Of a DNA stretch of 64,000 nt, positions 10,494 through 22,407 are shown piece by piece. The stretch is taken from NCBI GenBank assembly GCA_002269645.1, contig NIVC01000126.1, positions 744,001 to 808,000 on the forward strand. Direction: 5' to 3'. Numbering within the stretch: the stretch's first letter is position 1; each line of letters starts with the position of its first letter. The notes under the pieces are model-generated. The model made no database searches and was not told the DNA's origin. It saw nothing but the letters and a program-made list of their open reading frames with translations. Source of the stretch: Macrostomum lignano (taxonomy: Eukaryota). A program made the translations under genes and the position numbers.

Positions 10494-13400
10494 TCCAATA
10501 TACTAAAAATGAAAATCTTGCTTGCTTGCTTGTAATCGATTAGAGAAAAAATGGCTTAACCGATTTTCATGAGACTTGCACTGTTCGATCAGAAATTTTC
10601 CCGTTACGGTACATGCATCTTGGCTAAGAAATTGCTCCATGTTAAAGCGATTAAATATTCGAAAAACATGCTTTTTTGCAAAGGTCAAGCAAACTTTTCG
10701 ACTTGAAATGCATTGTAAGAATGCTAGAGAAAAAACTGACTGGTTGAATTCTGATTCTGAAATAGATTGCATCATAAATGAATTGTAACTCCGACTTGAA
10801 TTGCGTCACAGTATTGAAAATGCAGTGTGGAAGCGTAGCACCAGACGTGATTTAGATTGGGTAACCATATTGTCAACTTTAATTGAGACTGATACTGACT
10901 TGCCTGGGAAATTGATTATGTCATAACTGCTTCGTGAGTGAGTGTTGAATAATATAAGTGCTACAATTTCATTTATAAATACGATAAGAGCTAGCCTAGA
11001 TGTGAACAGACTAGACTGCAAATGCAGCGACCTGGGTTCGAATCTTGGTAGTGAAAAGTTTTTTTATTAAAAGCTTATATTAAAGGACAAATAAAGGACA
11101 AGAGTGTCATGTAAACAATCATAGAAGTGTCATGTAAAAAATCATAGAAGCGTCATGTAAAAAATCATGAAAGCGTCATGTAAACAATCATAGAAGCGTC
11201 ATGTAAAAATCATAGAAGCGTCATGTAAACAATCATAGAAGCGTCATGTAAAAAATCATGAAAGCGTCATGAAAAAATCATAGAAGCGTCATGTAAAAAA
11301 TCATAGAAGCGTCATGTAAAAAATCATAGAAGCGTCATGTAAACAATCATGAAAGCGTCATGAAAAAATCATAGAAGCGTCGTGTAAACAATCATAGAAG
11401 CGTAATGTAGAGAATCATAGAAGCGTCATGTAAAAAATCATAGAAGCCTCATGTAGAGAATCATAGAAGCGTCATGTAAAAAATCATAGAAGCGTCATGT
11501 AAACAATCAAAGAAGCGTCATGTAAAAAATCATAGAAGCGTCATGTAAAAAATCATAGAAGCGTCATGTAAACAATCATAGAAGCGTCATGAAAAAATCA
11601 TAGAAGCGTCATGTAAAAAATCAAAGAAGCGTCATGTAAAAAATCATAGAAGCGTCATGTAAACAATCATAGAAGCGTCATGTAAAAAAGCATAGAAGCG
11701 TCATGTAAACAATCATAGAAGTGTCGTGTAAACAATCATATAAGCGTCATGTAAAAAAGCATAGAAGCGTCATGTAAATAATTATAGAAGCGTCATGTAA
11801 AAAATCATAGAAGCGCCATGAAAAAGTCATAGAAGCGTCATGTAAAAAATAATAGAAGCATCATGTAAACAATCATGAAAGTGTCATGTAAAAAAATCAT
11901 AGAAGCGTCATGTAAACAATCATGAAAGCGTCATGAAAAAATCATAGAAGCGTCGTGTAAACAATCATAGAAGCGTAATGTAGAGAATCATAGAAGCGTC
12001 ATGTAAAAAATCATAGAAGCCTCATGTAGAGAATCATAGAAGCGTCATGTAAAAAATCATAGAAGCGTCATGTAAACAATCAAAGAAGCGTCATGTAAAA
12101 AATCATAGAAGCGTCATGTAAACAATCATAGAAGCGTAATGAAAAAATCATAGAAGCGTCATGTAAAAAATCAAAGAAGCGTCATGTAAAAAATCATAGA
12201 AGCGTCATGTAAACAATCATAGAAGCGTCATGTAAACAATCATATAAGCGTCATGTACAAAAGCATAGAAGCGTCATGTAAAAAAGCATAGAAGCGTCAT
12301 ATAAACAATCATAGAAGCGTCATGTAAACAATCATATAAGCGTCATGTAAAAAATCATATAAGCGTCATGTAAAAAATCATAGAAGCGCCATGAAAAGTC
12401 ATAGAAGCGTCATGTAAACAATCATAGAAGCGTCATGTAAACAATCATAGAAGCGTCAAGTAAACAATCATAAAAACATCATGTAAACAATCATAGAAGC
12501 GTCATCTAACAATCATAGAAGCGTCATGTAAACAATCATAGAAGCGTCATGTAAAAAATCATAGAAGCCTTATATAAAAACTAATGGAAGCGTCATTTGA
12601 GAAATCATAGAAGCGTCATGTAAAAAATCATATAAGCGTCATGTAAACAATTATAGAAGCGTCATGTAAACAATCGCAGAAGCGTCATGTAAACAATCAT
12701 AGAAGCGTCATGTAAACAATCATAGAAGCGTCATGTAAAAAATCTTAGAAGCGTCATTTAAAAAATCATATAAGCGTCATGTAAACAATTATAGAAGCGT
12801 CATGTAAACAATCGCAGAAGCGTCATGTAAAAAATCATAGAAGCGTCATGTAAACAATCGCAGAAGCGTCATGTAAAAAATCATAGAAGCGTCATGAAAA
12901 AATCATAGAAGCGTCATGTAAAAAATCATAGAAGCGTCATGAAAAAATCATAGAAGCGTCATGTAAAAAATCATATAAGCGTTGTGTAAACAATCATAGA
13001 AGCGTCATGTAAAAAATCATAGAAGCGTCATGTAAAAAATCATAGAAGCGCCATGTAAAAAATCATAGAAGCGCCATGTAAAAAATCATAGAAGCGTCAT
13101 GTAAACAATCATGAAAGCGTCATGTAAAAAATCATCAAAGCGTCAGTTAAAAAATCATAGAAGCGCCATTTAAAAAATCATATAAGCGTCATATAAAAAA
13201 TCATATAAGCGTCATGTAAACAATAATAGAAGCGTCATGTAAAATATCATAGAAGCGTCATGTAAAAAATCATAGAAGTGTCATGTAAACAATCATAGAA
13301 GCGTCATGAAAAAATCATAGGAGCGTCATGTAAAAAATCAAAGAAGCGTCATGTAAAAAATCATAGAAGCGTCATGAAAAAGTCATAGAAGCGTCATGTA

Positions 13401-14570
13401 AAAAATCATAGAAGCGTCATATAAAAAATCATAGAAGCGTCATGTAAACAATCATGAAAGCGTCATGTAAAAAAATCATACTGACATAAAAAATCAAGTG
13501 ACAATAAAAAATGTCAGACATGAAAGAAGTGTCATGTAAAAATTAAATGAAGCCATCGTGCTGTGCTGGGGAGAATTACTAAGATGTCAAGGCTCTCAGA
13601 GAATAACTGAGATTACAGGGGGGTTTCTGAGATGTCAAAGCAAAAGTCAGAAGCTACTTCAAAGTACATGTACTTTACTCAATTTTTTTATAACATTCTT
13701 TGTTGGCTCGCCACGGGGGGGGCGCTGATAGAAGAAGAGTCATGTAAAAAAGAAAAGAAGCACTATGTATACATAAAAGAAGAGTCATGTCGAAGTTAAA
13801 AGATTCATTTGGGAATTGCCACAATGTCAAGGCTTGGAGGGAATTGCTATAGTGCTGTGATTCTTGAAGAAAGAATCACTAAATTGTCAAGGCTTAGGGG
13901 AGAAGAATTGCTGAGATTTCAAGGCTTTTATAGGTTGGGTTAAAGTTAGGTTTAGGTCAGGTTTGGGTTGAGGGTTAGATTTTAGCGGGTTTCAAGGTTA
14001 ACAGGGGATTTTTCAGATATCAAGGTTTATGCGGGGCATTGCTGACATGTCAAGGCTTACAGGGGAATAGCTGAGATGTCAAGGCTCATGGGGGAATAAA
14101 TGAGATGTCAAGGCTAAAGTCAGAAGCTACATGTATTCTATTGAAAACTTTTTTTCATTATTTGTTGGCTCCTCACGGGAGGGATTGCTGATAGAAAAAG
14201 TGTAATGTAAAAAATAAAAGAAGCTTCATGTCGAAGTTAAGAGATTCATTTGGGAATCCCTACGATGTCGAGGCTTGCAGGGAATCGCTATAATGCTGTA
14301 GTGCTATAATGACTGTTGGAGAGAATTACTGAAATGTCAATGCTTTAGGGTTAGGGTTAGGGTTAGAAGGTTGACAGATTTTTTAAGATTGCAAGGCTTA
14401 TGGGGCATTGCTAAGATGTCAAGGGGGTTGATATGCTAAGGCTTGTGGGGGGATTTTCTGACATGTCAAGGCTTACAAGGTATAATGCAAAGAGACGCTT
14501 ACATGTAGTTTATTAAAAAAAACTTGTACTGCATTTTTTTGGCTCCCCAACGGGGGGCGCTGATTGCTAG
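10494..14570 (+). mobile_element. Non-autonomous Helitron, copy 1 (about 4.08 kb)
   Basis: 5' end A|TCCAATATACTAAAAATG. 3' end has the hairpin GCTCCCC-AAC-GGGGGGC shortly upstream of CTAG (14567-14570). No TIR or TSD. Colinear with 14571-17041. Confidence 0.8.
11100..13478. repeat. 23-bp satellite (CATAGAAGCGTCATGTAAAAAAT) inside Helitron copy 1
   Basis: Roughly 100 tandem units with aaaaaat/aaacaat variants. Confidence 0.97.
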
Positions 14571-15196
14571 TCCAATATACTAAAAATGGTCTGTCTGTGT
14601 CTATCTATCTATCTATGTGATCGATTAGAGAAAAAATGGCTGGACCGATTTTGTTCGAACTTGCACTGTTTGATCAGAAATTTTCCCGTGACTGTACATG
14701 CATCGTGGCTAAGAAATTGCTCGATGCTAAAGGCATTAAATATTCGAAAAACATGCTTTTTTGCAAAGGTCAAGCAAACTTTTCGACTTGAAATGCATTG
14801 TAAGAATGCTAGAGAAAAAACTGACTGGTTGAATTCTGATTCTGAAATAGATTGCATCATATCTGAATTGTAACTCCGACTTGAATTGAAAATGCAGTGT
14901 GGAAGCGTAGCACCAGACTTGATTTAAATTGCGTAACCATATTGTTAACTGATACTGACTGACTGAGAAACTGATTATGTCATAACTGCTTCGTGTGATT
15001 TACTCTATGCTTGGATTTTAAAGTGTTGAATTATATAAGTGCAAAATTTGATGTTATCAAAATGATGAGAGCTAGCCTAGAGGTGTACAAACTGAACTGC
15101 TAAATGCAGTTTGGTTCGAATTGGTTCGAATTTTCATAGAGTATAATTTTTTTAATTAAAGCTTTTCAACGTCAGGAAAACTAAGACTTTTTAAAA

Positions 15197-15850
15197 AGAA
15201 GCGTCATGTAAAAATCATTGAAGCGTCATTTAAAAATCATAGAAGCGTTATTTAAAAAAATCATAAAAGCGTCATGTAAACAATCATAGAAGCGTCATGA
15301 AAACAATCATAGAAGCGTCATGTAAAAAATCATAGAAGCGTCATGTAAAAAATCATAGAAGCGTCATGTAAAAAATCATAGAAGCGTCATGTAAAAAATC
15401 ATAGAAGCGTCATGTAAACAATCATAGAAGCGTCATGTAAACAATCATAGAAGCGTCATGTAAACAATCATAGAAGCGTCATGTAAACAATCATAGAAGC
15501 GTCATTTAAAATATCATAGAAGCGTCATGTAAAAATCATAGAAGCGTCATGTAAACAATCATAGAAGCGTCATGTAAACAATCATAGAAGCGCCATGTAA
15601 AAAATTGTAGAAGCGTCATGTAAACAATCATAAAAGCACCATGTAAAAAATTGTAGAAGCGTCATGTAAACAATCATAGAAGCGCCATGTAAAAAATCAT
15701 AGAAGCTTCATGTAAAAAATCATAGAAGCGCCATGTAAAAAATTGTAGAAGCGTCATGTAAAAAATCGTAGAAGCGTCATGTAAACAATCATAGAAGCGT
15801 CATGTAAACAATCATAGAAGCGTCATGTAAAAAATCATAGAAGCCTAATT
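15197..15850. repeat. 23-bp satellite inside Helitron copy 2
   Basis: Same unit as 11100-13478; roughly 28 units. Confidence 0.95.
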
Positions 15851-16752
15851 TAAAAACTAATGAGTGTCATTTAAAAAATTAAGAAGCATCATGGTACAAT
15901 AAAAGAAGCGTCATGTCAGACATGAAGGGTGTCATGTAAAAATTTAATGCAGCTATAATGCTGTGCTGGGGAGAAAAACTGAGACGTAAAGGCTCTCAGA
16001 GAATAACTGAGATTACGGGGGGGGGGTTCTGAGATGTCAAAGCAAAAGTCAGAAGCTACTTCAAAGTTCATGTACTTTACTCAATTTTTTTATTGCATTC
16101 TTTGTTGGCTCGCCACGGGGGGGGGCTGATAGAAGAAGAGTCATGTAAAAAATAAAAGTAGCACTATGTATACATAAAAGAAAAGTCATGTCAAAGTTAA
16201 AAGATTCATTTGGGAATTGCTACAATGTCAAAGCTGGGTGGAAATTGTTATAGTGCTGTGATTCTTAAAGAAGGAATCACTAAAATGTCAAGGCTTAGGG
16301 GAGAAGAATTGCTGAGATTTCAAGGCTTTAGGTTGGGTTAAAGTTAGGTTTAGGTCAGGTGTGGGTTGAGGGTTAGATTTTATCGGGTTTCAAGGTTAAC
16401 AGAATAACAGGGGATTTTTTAGATTTCAAGGTATATGGGGGCCATCGCTGACATGTCAAGGCTTACGGGGGGAATAGCTGAGATGTCAAGGCTCACGGGG
16501 GTATAAATGAGATTTCAAGGCTAAAGTCAGAAGCTACATGAAGTTTATTGAAAACTTTTTATTACATTATTTGATGCCTCCTCAGGGGAGGGATCACAGA
16601 TAAAAAAGCGTAATGTAAAAAATAAAAGAAGCTACATGTCGAAGTTAAGAGATTCATTTGGGAATCCCTACGATGTCGAGGCTGGCAGGGAATCGCTATA
16701 ATGCTGTAGTGCTATAATGACTCTTAGAGAGAATTACTGAAATTTCAATGTT

Positions 16753-16819
16753 TTAGGGTTAGGTTAGGGTTAGGGTTAGGGTTAGGGTTAGGGTTAGGGT
16801 AGGCTAGGGTTAGGGTTAG
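16753..16819 (+). repeat. Interstitial (TTAGGG)n tract within Helitron copy 2
   Basis: Six consecutive perfect TTAGGG units plus flanking variant units. Homologous tracts lie at 14345-14366 and 49005-49090. Confidence 0.9.
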
Positions 16820-18884
16820 AAGGTTGACAGATATTTTTAGATTTCCAAGGCTTATTGGGGGCATTGCTGAGATGTCAAGGGGGGAAGTTGATATGTTACA
16901 CCTTATGGGGGGGAATTACTGACATGTCAAGGCTTACAAGGTTTGACAGGAGATTTTTTAAGATTTCAAGGATACATGTAGCTTATTAAAAAAACGTGTA
17001 TTGCATTTTTTGGCTCCCCAACGGGGGGCGTAGATTGCTAGTCCATCTCTAAAGTTATGGATTTTCTGAATTAGCTGCTCTGAACCGTCAGGAAATGCTT
17101 TCTACCCGAAGTCTAAAAATTCAAATGAATATTAAGGATGCCTCAGGAGGGTCAGTTTTGCGACGGCTTTATATGGCACTCATGATCGACCCGTCCTGGC
17201 ATGAAACTGCGGAGGTGACAGCGGGAAGATCATCCCACAAATCCCGAGACTCCAGACGCGAGCTTCTCGTCAGATAAAGGAATTAAATGAGTTTTTCTTC
17301 TCAATTTCAACAAATTTATAGCCAGAGAATCCAAGCAATGCAAACTAAGATATGTTTCAGTTCATCATAACTTACGAGGGCTCAAATGACCTTCGTGATT
17401 ATCATCTGCATTTGTTTCATAGATGAGGGGTCAATTGACCTCTGACTATGTATATTGGCTTCGTAGATGAGGGGTCAACTGACCTGATCTCTGAAATGGG
17501 TTGAATTTTTTTAACGGCTAGGTTAATAAAACGACGTCTCCTAGTAGAAACCATCCATTTAAAGTTAATTTGCATGGGGTAGCTAAGTTGCTAGGCAGGT
17601 ATTAAATAATTAGTCTGCAGCAGCCTAAGTGACGCTGACAGAGAATTTCCTCTTGGCTCTTCACTCTCGTTTTGACAGGTAAGAAGAATTGGCAGCAGCC
17701 AACAAGTAGGTACCTGTTCTGTAGGTTAAAGCTCGAAACCTCTCATAATTGGGAAAGGTAAGACCAGGGAGAGATACACTGTAAAAATTCTCCAGAGGCT
17801 TTTACGGTAGGTAGCTTTTATAGTGTCGTTTCTAGATAATTACAGCCTTTAACCTGCATGCGTTTACTCTCTGCGCAGCCGGTGTGTCCTTACCTGTGCT
17901 GGTTCGCTTTGGTGTAGAATTATCAGTTGCTGGTTCGATTCTGCTGAGCGCACATATACGAAGATTCCTTTGATGTTGCCGACAAATTCTAAAGCCTAAT
18001 TTCCTCATGGATACAGGGCATTGGCTCGCTATAAGAGATGGCAAGTCTATAGCAAAGCCCATTCATTTGCGAATAGGTGTGTAGACAAAAATGCTTATCA
18101 AGATGGACCCAACACTCTATCGAGCTCTTGTAGGATTGCAGAGGGATGCATTCAACACGCGAAGACAAATGATGGATTGTTTGGCAAGAAAGCCATTTGA
18201 TATGTGCCGGATCTTACCTGTACTTGACTGGACTTTGTAAAGCCTGTGCGGTTAATCTTGATGCAGAAATTATGTCATTCATGACTTGTGTGACAAGTTC
18301 AGAACAGTTGCTGACTTGGTTTTTAAAGGCTTGGAACGCGAGGCGGGCAGGGGCCATTAGCGCTAATGAGATTCGGCTGAAGAATATCAGATACTTTACT
18401 TTCTACTAGCAGTAGGCGGAAGGGTGTACAGCGCCCCTAACTTTCTAATCGTCAGGCATGTACACTGCTTTATACTACGATAGACATTTAACCCTACGAC
18501 TTTCACGAACTGTCTCTAGTTAATTTTTGTAGCAAAGAAAAAAGCAATTAAAGAAGTTGCTCTTTTGTTCGTCGACATGAACAGGAAATCAGGGTGTTCG
18601 CAAGAGGGGGGCATGAAAGCTAAACCTGTCTCAATACATTGTTCTCATTATTACAATTCTCATTGTCAGTGCATTTTGAAAGACACAAAAGCTTCCCATT
18701 CAGTGCATACTAGCAGTCTAAGGTTGGAAATTTACTGATTGTTCTAATCTTCTGATCTGTTTCCCTTTGTCTGACGAATAACGACTTATTGAGATCATTC
18801 GTGTTAGGCATTAGAATACAAATTGTCAATATACATGTAGTATACTTGTATTTTTGACTCTGAGTTAAGAGTACTAGAGGACTA

Positions 18885-19400
18885 CATGTACTTGACCAAG
18901 AGACTTATTGACCAACAGGCAATTTAACTAACAAGCTTCTAGACCAAAAGACTACTCAACCAAAGAACTACGTGAACAAATGACTACTCGGTCAACTGAT
19001 TACTCGACCAAATTACTACTCAAAAGACCTACTCGGTCAAATGATCTACTCGGTCAAATGATTACTCGACCAAATTACTACTCAAAAGACCTACTCAGTC
19101 AAAAGACCTACTCGGTCAAATGACTTCTCGGTCGAGTGACTACTCGACAAAATGACTACTTGAGGAAACTCCTACTCGATAGAAGCTCCAGTCAAACAAA
19201 AACCACTTGTTCAGAAGACTATACTGGATCAAGAGACTACTCAGCTAAATGACTACTTGGTCAAAGACTACTCAACCAAATGACCATTGGATCAAGGGAA
19301 TACTCGATCGAATGACTACTGGACCGAGAGACTACTCAACCAAAGAGCCACTCAATTAAAGGACTAAGCAAACAAAAAATCTACTGGAAAAAGGACTGAG
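18885..19400. repeat. Degenerate ~17-bp repeat region (GACTACTCGACCAAAT-like)
   Basis: Recurrent gactactc/ggtcaaatga/gaccaaa motifs, with a ~60-bp internal duplication near 19000-19125. Confidence 0.6.
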
Positions 19401-20565
19401 TCAAACAACTTACTCAGCTGAAGATTGACTCAAACAAATGACTGTTTATTTAGGATGCTTTCAACTAGTGCTGAGATACTTAATGAAAAGGCTGACTAAC
19501 GCGCCGAAAAAGTGCTAGGGATCTTCTCGCAGAGTCGGGAAATCGATTATTATGGACTGGCTGCAGCTGGCCTGTTTACAGATCTCTGCTACAGAAAAGG
19601 GGGGGGTCGTTTACGGGAACTATTCATGAGAAAACAAGTCTAGACGACGCTAGTAGTTTCTCTCTACCGGTATATAACAATATTGACAGATTTCCCTTTG
19701 TCAGCTCAAAGTTCGCATTCTATCCAATATTTCTGTCAGGCTCCAATCAAGCGTAGAAGATTATAGAACTCACTAATCTGTCCATTGATGAATGCTGCAG
19801 TATATCTCGATACTGTTGGCTTAGCTTCCTATTAAATAGAGAAATTATCCCATTGTGTCTAGCTATTCCTCGCTTTCCCAGGGCCTCAGCATTGTAAAGG
19901 GCAACGGGATTAAGTAAAGAAACGGAATGACTGAAAGTATATTTGAATTGGCTAGCATATTGGCTTATCCAGAGTATTTGGAGTGCTTAAATTTTGATAC
20001 TCTGTAAATTTTTTTCGAAAGAAAATGTCAAGGAAGATTAGGGAATGTGATGTGATATTCAGCACGGTTAGACCATTAGCTCTGACATTTATTGACTGCG
20101 GCTTGCCTGACACTAGCTCTAACAGCCCTGACGCTGACACTACTAACTCAAGACTCATCTGACAGCAGCTCCAGCACCCCTGACACTAACTCACAGCTCT
20201 TATGATAGTAGTTGCACCCTGCACTGATATTCACGACAAATCCTTGAAGTTGAGCTACCTTGAATGTAAACCGGTTCAGTCCCTCGAGCCTAATTATTTG
20301 CTTTCTATAAGGAATCATATTCTTACACAGTCTTGGCCTTAAGTTTCGTCTAGATTGATCGCCCGTTTGTTAACAAAAATAGAAGTAAAGCGTTCAACTC
20401 GGCTGGAAACTTTGAATCAGTTGTCAGATCAAGAGGACACGCCCAGGCATGAAGGAAGGCAAAATAAGTGAACTGAGACCTAAGCAGCCTTAATCAAGAT
20501 TTGATTGATTACTTGTAATCGTAATTGAGGGCGTGACTGAGACAGCTAAATTAAACAACGTGGTT

Positions 20566-20571
<6 letters not shown>

Positions 20572-20648
<77 letters not shown>
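20572..20648. repeat. (GA)n microsatellite
   Basis: Pure GA run. Confidence 0.98.
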
Positions 20649-20653
<5 letters not shown>

Positions 20654-20719
20654 AAGTGTCTAACGTGCCTAAGAGTTAGTTTTTTTAACCCGATGGGATT
20701 CCGCCGCGGCTAAAATGAG

Positions 20720-22023
20720 TGATGTCAGGGAGCGCCAAAACTGTTTCCACGGCGCTTCAAACGGTAATGATGTCAGGGAGCGCCAAAACTGTTTCCACGG
20801 CGCTTCAAACGGTAATGATGTCAGGGAGCGCCAAAACTGTTTCCACGGCGCCTCAAACGGTAATGATGTCAGGGAGCGCCAAAACTGTTTCAACGGCGCT
20901 TCAAACGGTAATGATGTCAGAGAGCGCCAACACTGGTTCCACGGCGCCTCAAACGGTGGATGTCAGGGAGCGCCAAAACTGGTTCCACGGCGCCTCAAAC
21001 GGTAATGATGTCAGAGAGCGCCAACACTGGTTCCACGGCGCCTCAAACGGTGGATGTCAGGGAGCGCCAAAACTGGTTCCACGGCGCCTCAAACGGTAAT
21101 GATGTCAGAGAGCGCCAACACTGGTTCCACGGCGCCTCAAACGGTGGATGTCAGGGAGCGCCAAAACTGGTTCCACGGCGCCTCAAACGGTGGATGTCAG
21201 GGAGCGCCAAAACTGGTTCCACGGTGCCTCAAACGGTGGATGTCAGGGAGCGCCAAAACTGATTCCACGGTGCCTCAAACGGTGGATGTCAGGGAGCGCC
21301 AAAACTGGTTCCACGGTGCCTCAAACGGTGGATGTCAGGGAGCGCCAAAACTGGTTCCACGGTGCCTCAAACGGTGGATGTCAGGGAGCGCCAAAACTGG
21401 TTCCACGGTGCCTCAAACGGTGGATGTCAGGGAGCGCCAAAACTGGTTCCACGGTGCCTCAAACGGTGGATGTCAGGGAGCGCCAAAACTGGTTCCACGG
21501 TGCCTCAAACGGTGGATGTCAGGGAGCGCCAAAACTGGTTCCACGGTGCCTCAAACGGTGGATGTCAGGGAGCGCCAAAACTGGTTCCACGGTGCCTCAA
21601 ACGGTGGATGTCAGGGAGCGCCAAAACTGGTTCCACGGTGCCTCAAACGGTGGATGTCAGAGAGCGCCAACACTGGTTCCACGGCGCCTCAAACGGTAAT
21701 GATGTCAGGGAGCACCAAAACTGGTTCCACGGCGCCTCAAACGGTGGATGTCAGGGAGCACCAAAACTGGTTCCACGGCGCCTCAAACGGTAATGATGTC
21801 AGGGAGCACCAAAACTGGTTCCACGGCGCCTCAAACGGTAATGATGTCAGGGAGCGCCAAAACTGTTTCCACGGCGCTTCAAACGGTAATGATGTCAGGG
21901 AGCGCCAAAACTGGTTCCACGGCGCCTCAAACGGTAATGATGTCAGGGAGCACCAAAACTGGTTCCACGGCGCCTCAAACGGTAATGATGTCAGGGAGCA
22001 CCAAAATTGGTTCCACGGTGCCT
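20720..22023. repeat. 46/48-bp minisatellite (GATGTCAGGGAGCGCCAAAACTGGTTCCACGGCGCCTCAAACGGT[G|AAT])
   Basis: About 28 tandem units of two length variants, with no unique spacers. Confidence 0.95.
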
Positions 22024-22407
22024 AACTCTCACGCAGTCAAACGCTTACACAAAAAGTAAACTATTATGTTCTGAAATCCCTTTACTCTTTTGTTAAGTAC
22101 ATGCTGCACTTTTGAAACTACAATAGTACATATTCCATAAACTCAATCTAATGATCGATGCCATTCTAAAGTAGCATTTGAAGACTAATTATTTTATGAC
22201 ACTTTTCTCACCGAGCAAGTTAGGCAGTGATGGCGCATTCTGCGACTTAATAATGAGCCAAAGAGGAGAAAGCATTATGAACCAATTAGAGAGCTCCCGC
22301 CATTCGCCTTCTCCATCCCTCTTCTCTTCCGCTATCGATTGCTAGAAAAGTTTTAAGACGCAGAGGCGCAGAGCAAAGCTCAAATCCGACTGTCGATACG
22401 CGAAGCC

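Larger units (their letters stand above)
14571..17041 (+). mobile_element. Non-autonomous Helitron, copy 2 (about 2.47 kb), head-to-tail with copy 1
   Basis: Starts TCCAATATACTAAAAATG directly after the CTAG of copy 1. Ends GGCTCCCCAACGGGGGGCGTAGATTGCTAG|T at 17041/17042. Confidence 0.8.

Noticed and set aside
16753-16819. True telomere or chromosome-fusion site
   Set aside because: The tracts are short, single-orientation and at a fixed position inside a repeated element; there is no head-to-head TTAGGG/CCCTAA junction.
17378-17485. Three GGGTCA-nn-TGACCT palindromes resembling nuclear-receptor elements
   Set aside because: No nearby promoter is known, and similar motifs are common sub-terminal repeats of DNA transposons; function is unsupported.
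17832-18409. Short ORFs and possible gene remnant
   Set aside because: Frames are interrupted by stops, with no recognisable domain or consistent splice pattern.
20720-22023. CRISPR-like array (also considered for the 47-bp, 35-bp, 32-bp and 23-bp arrays)
   Set aside because: Units are contiguous with no unique spacers, there are no cas genes and the context is eukaryotic.
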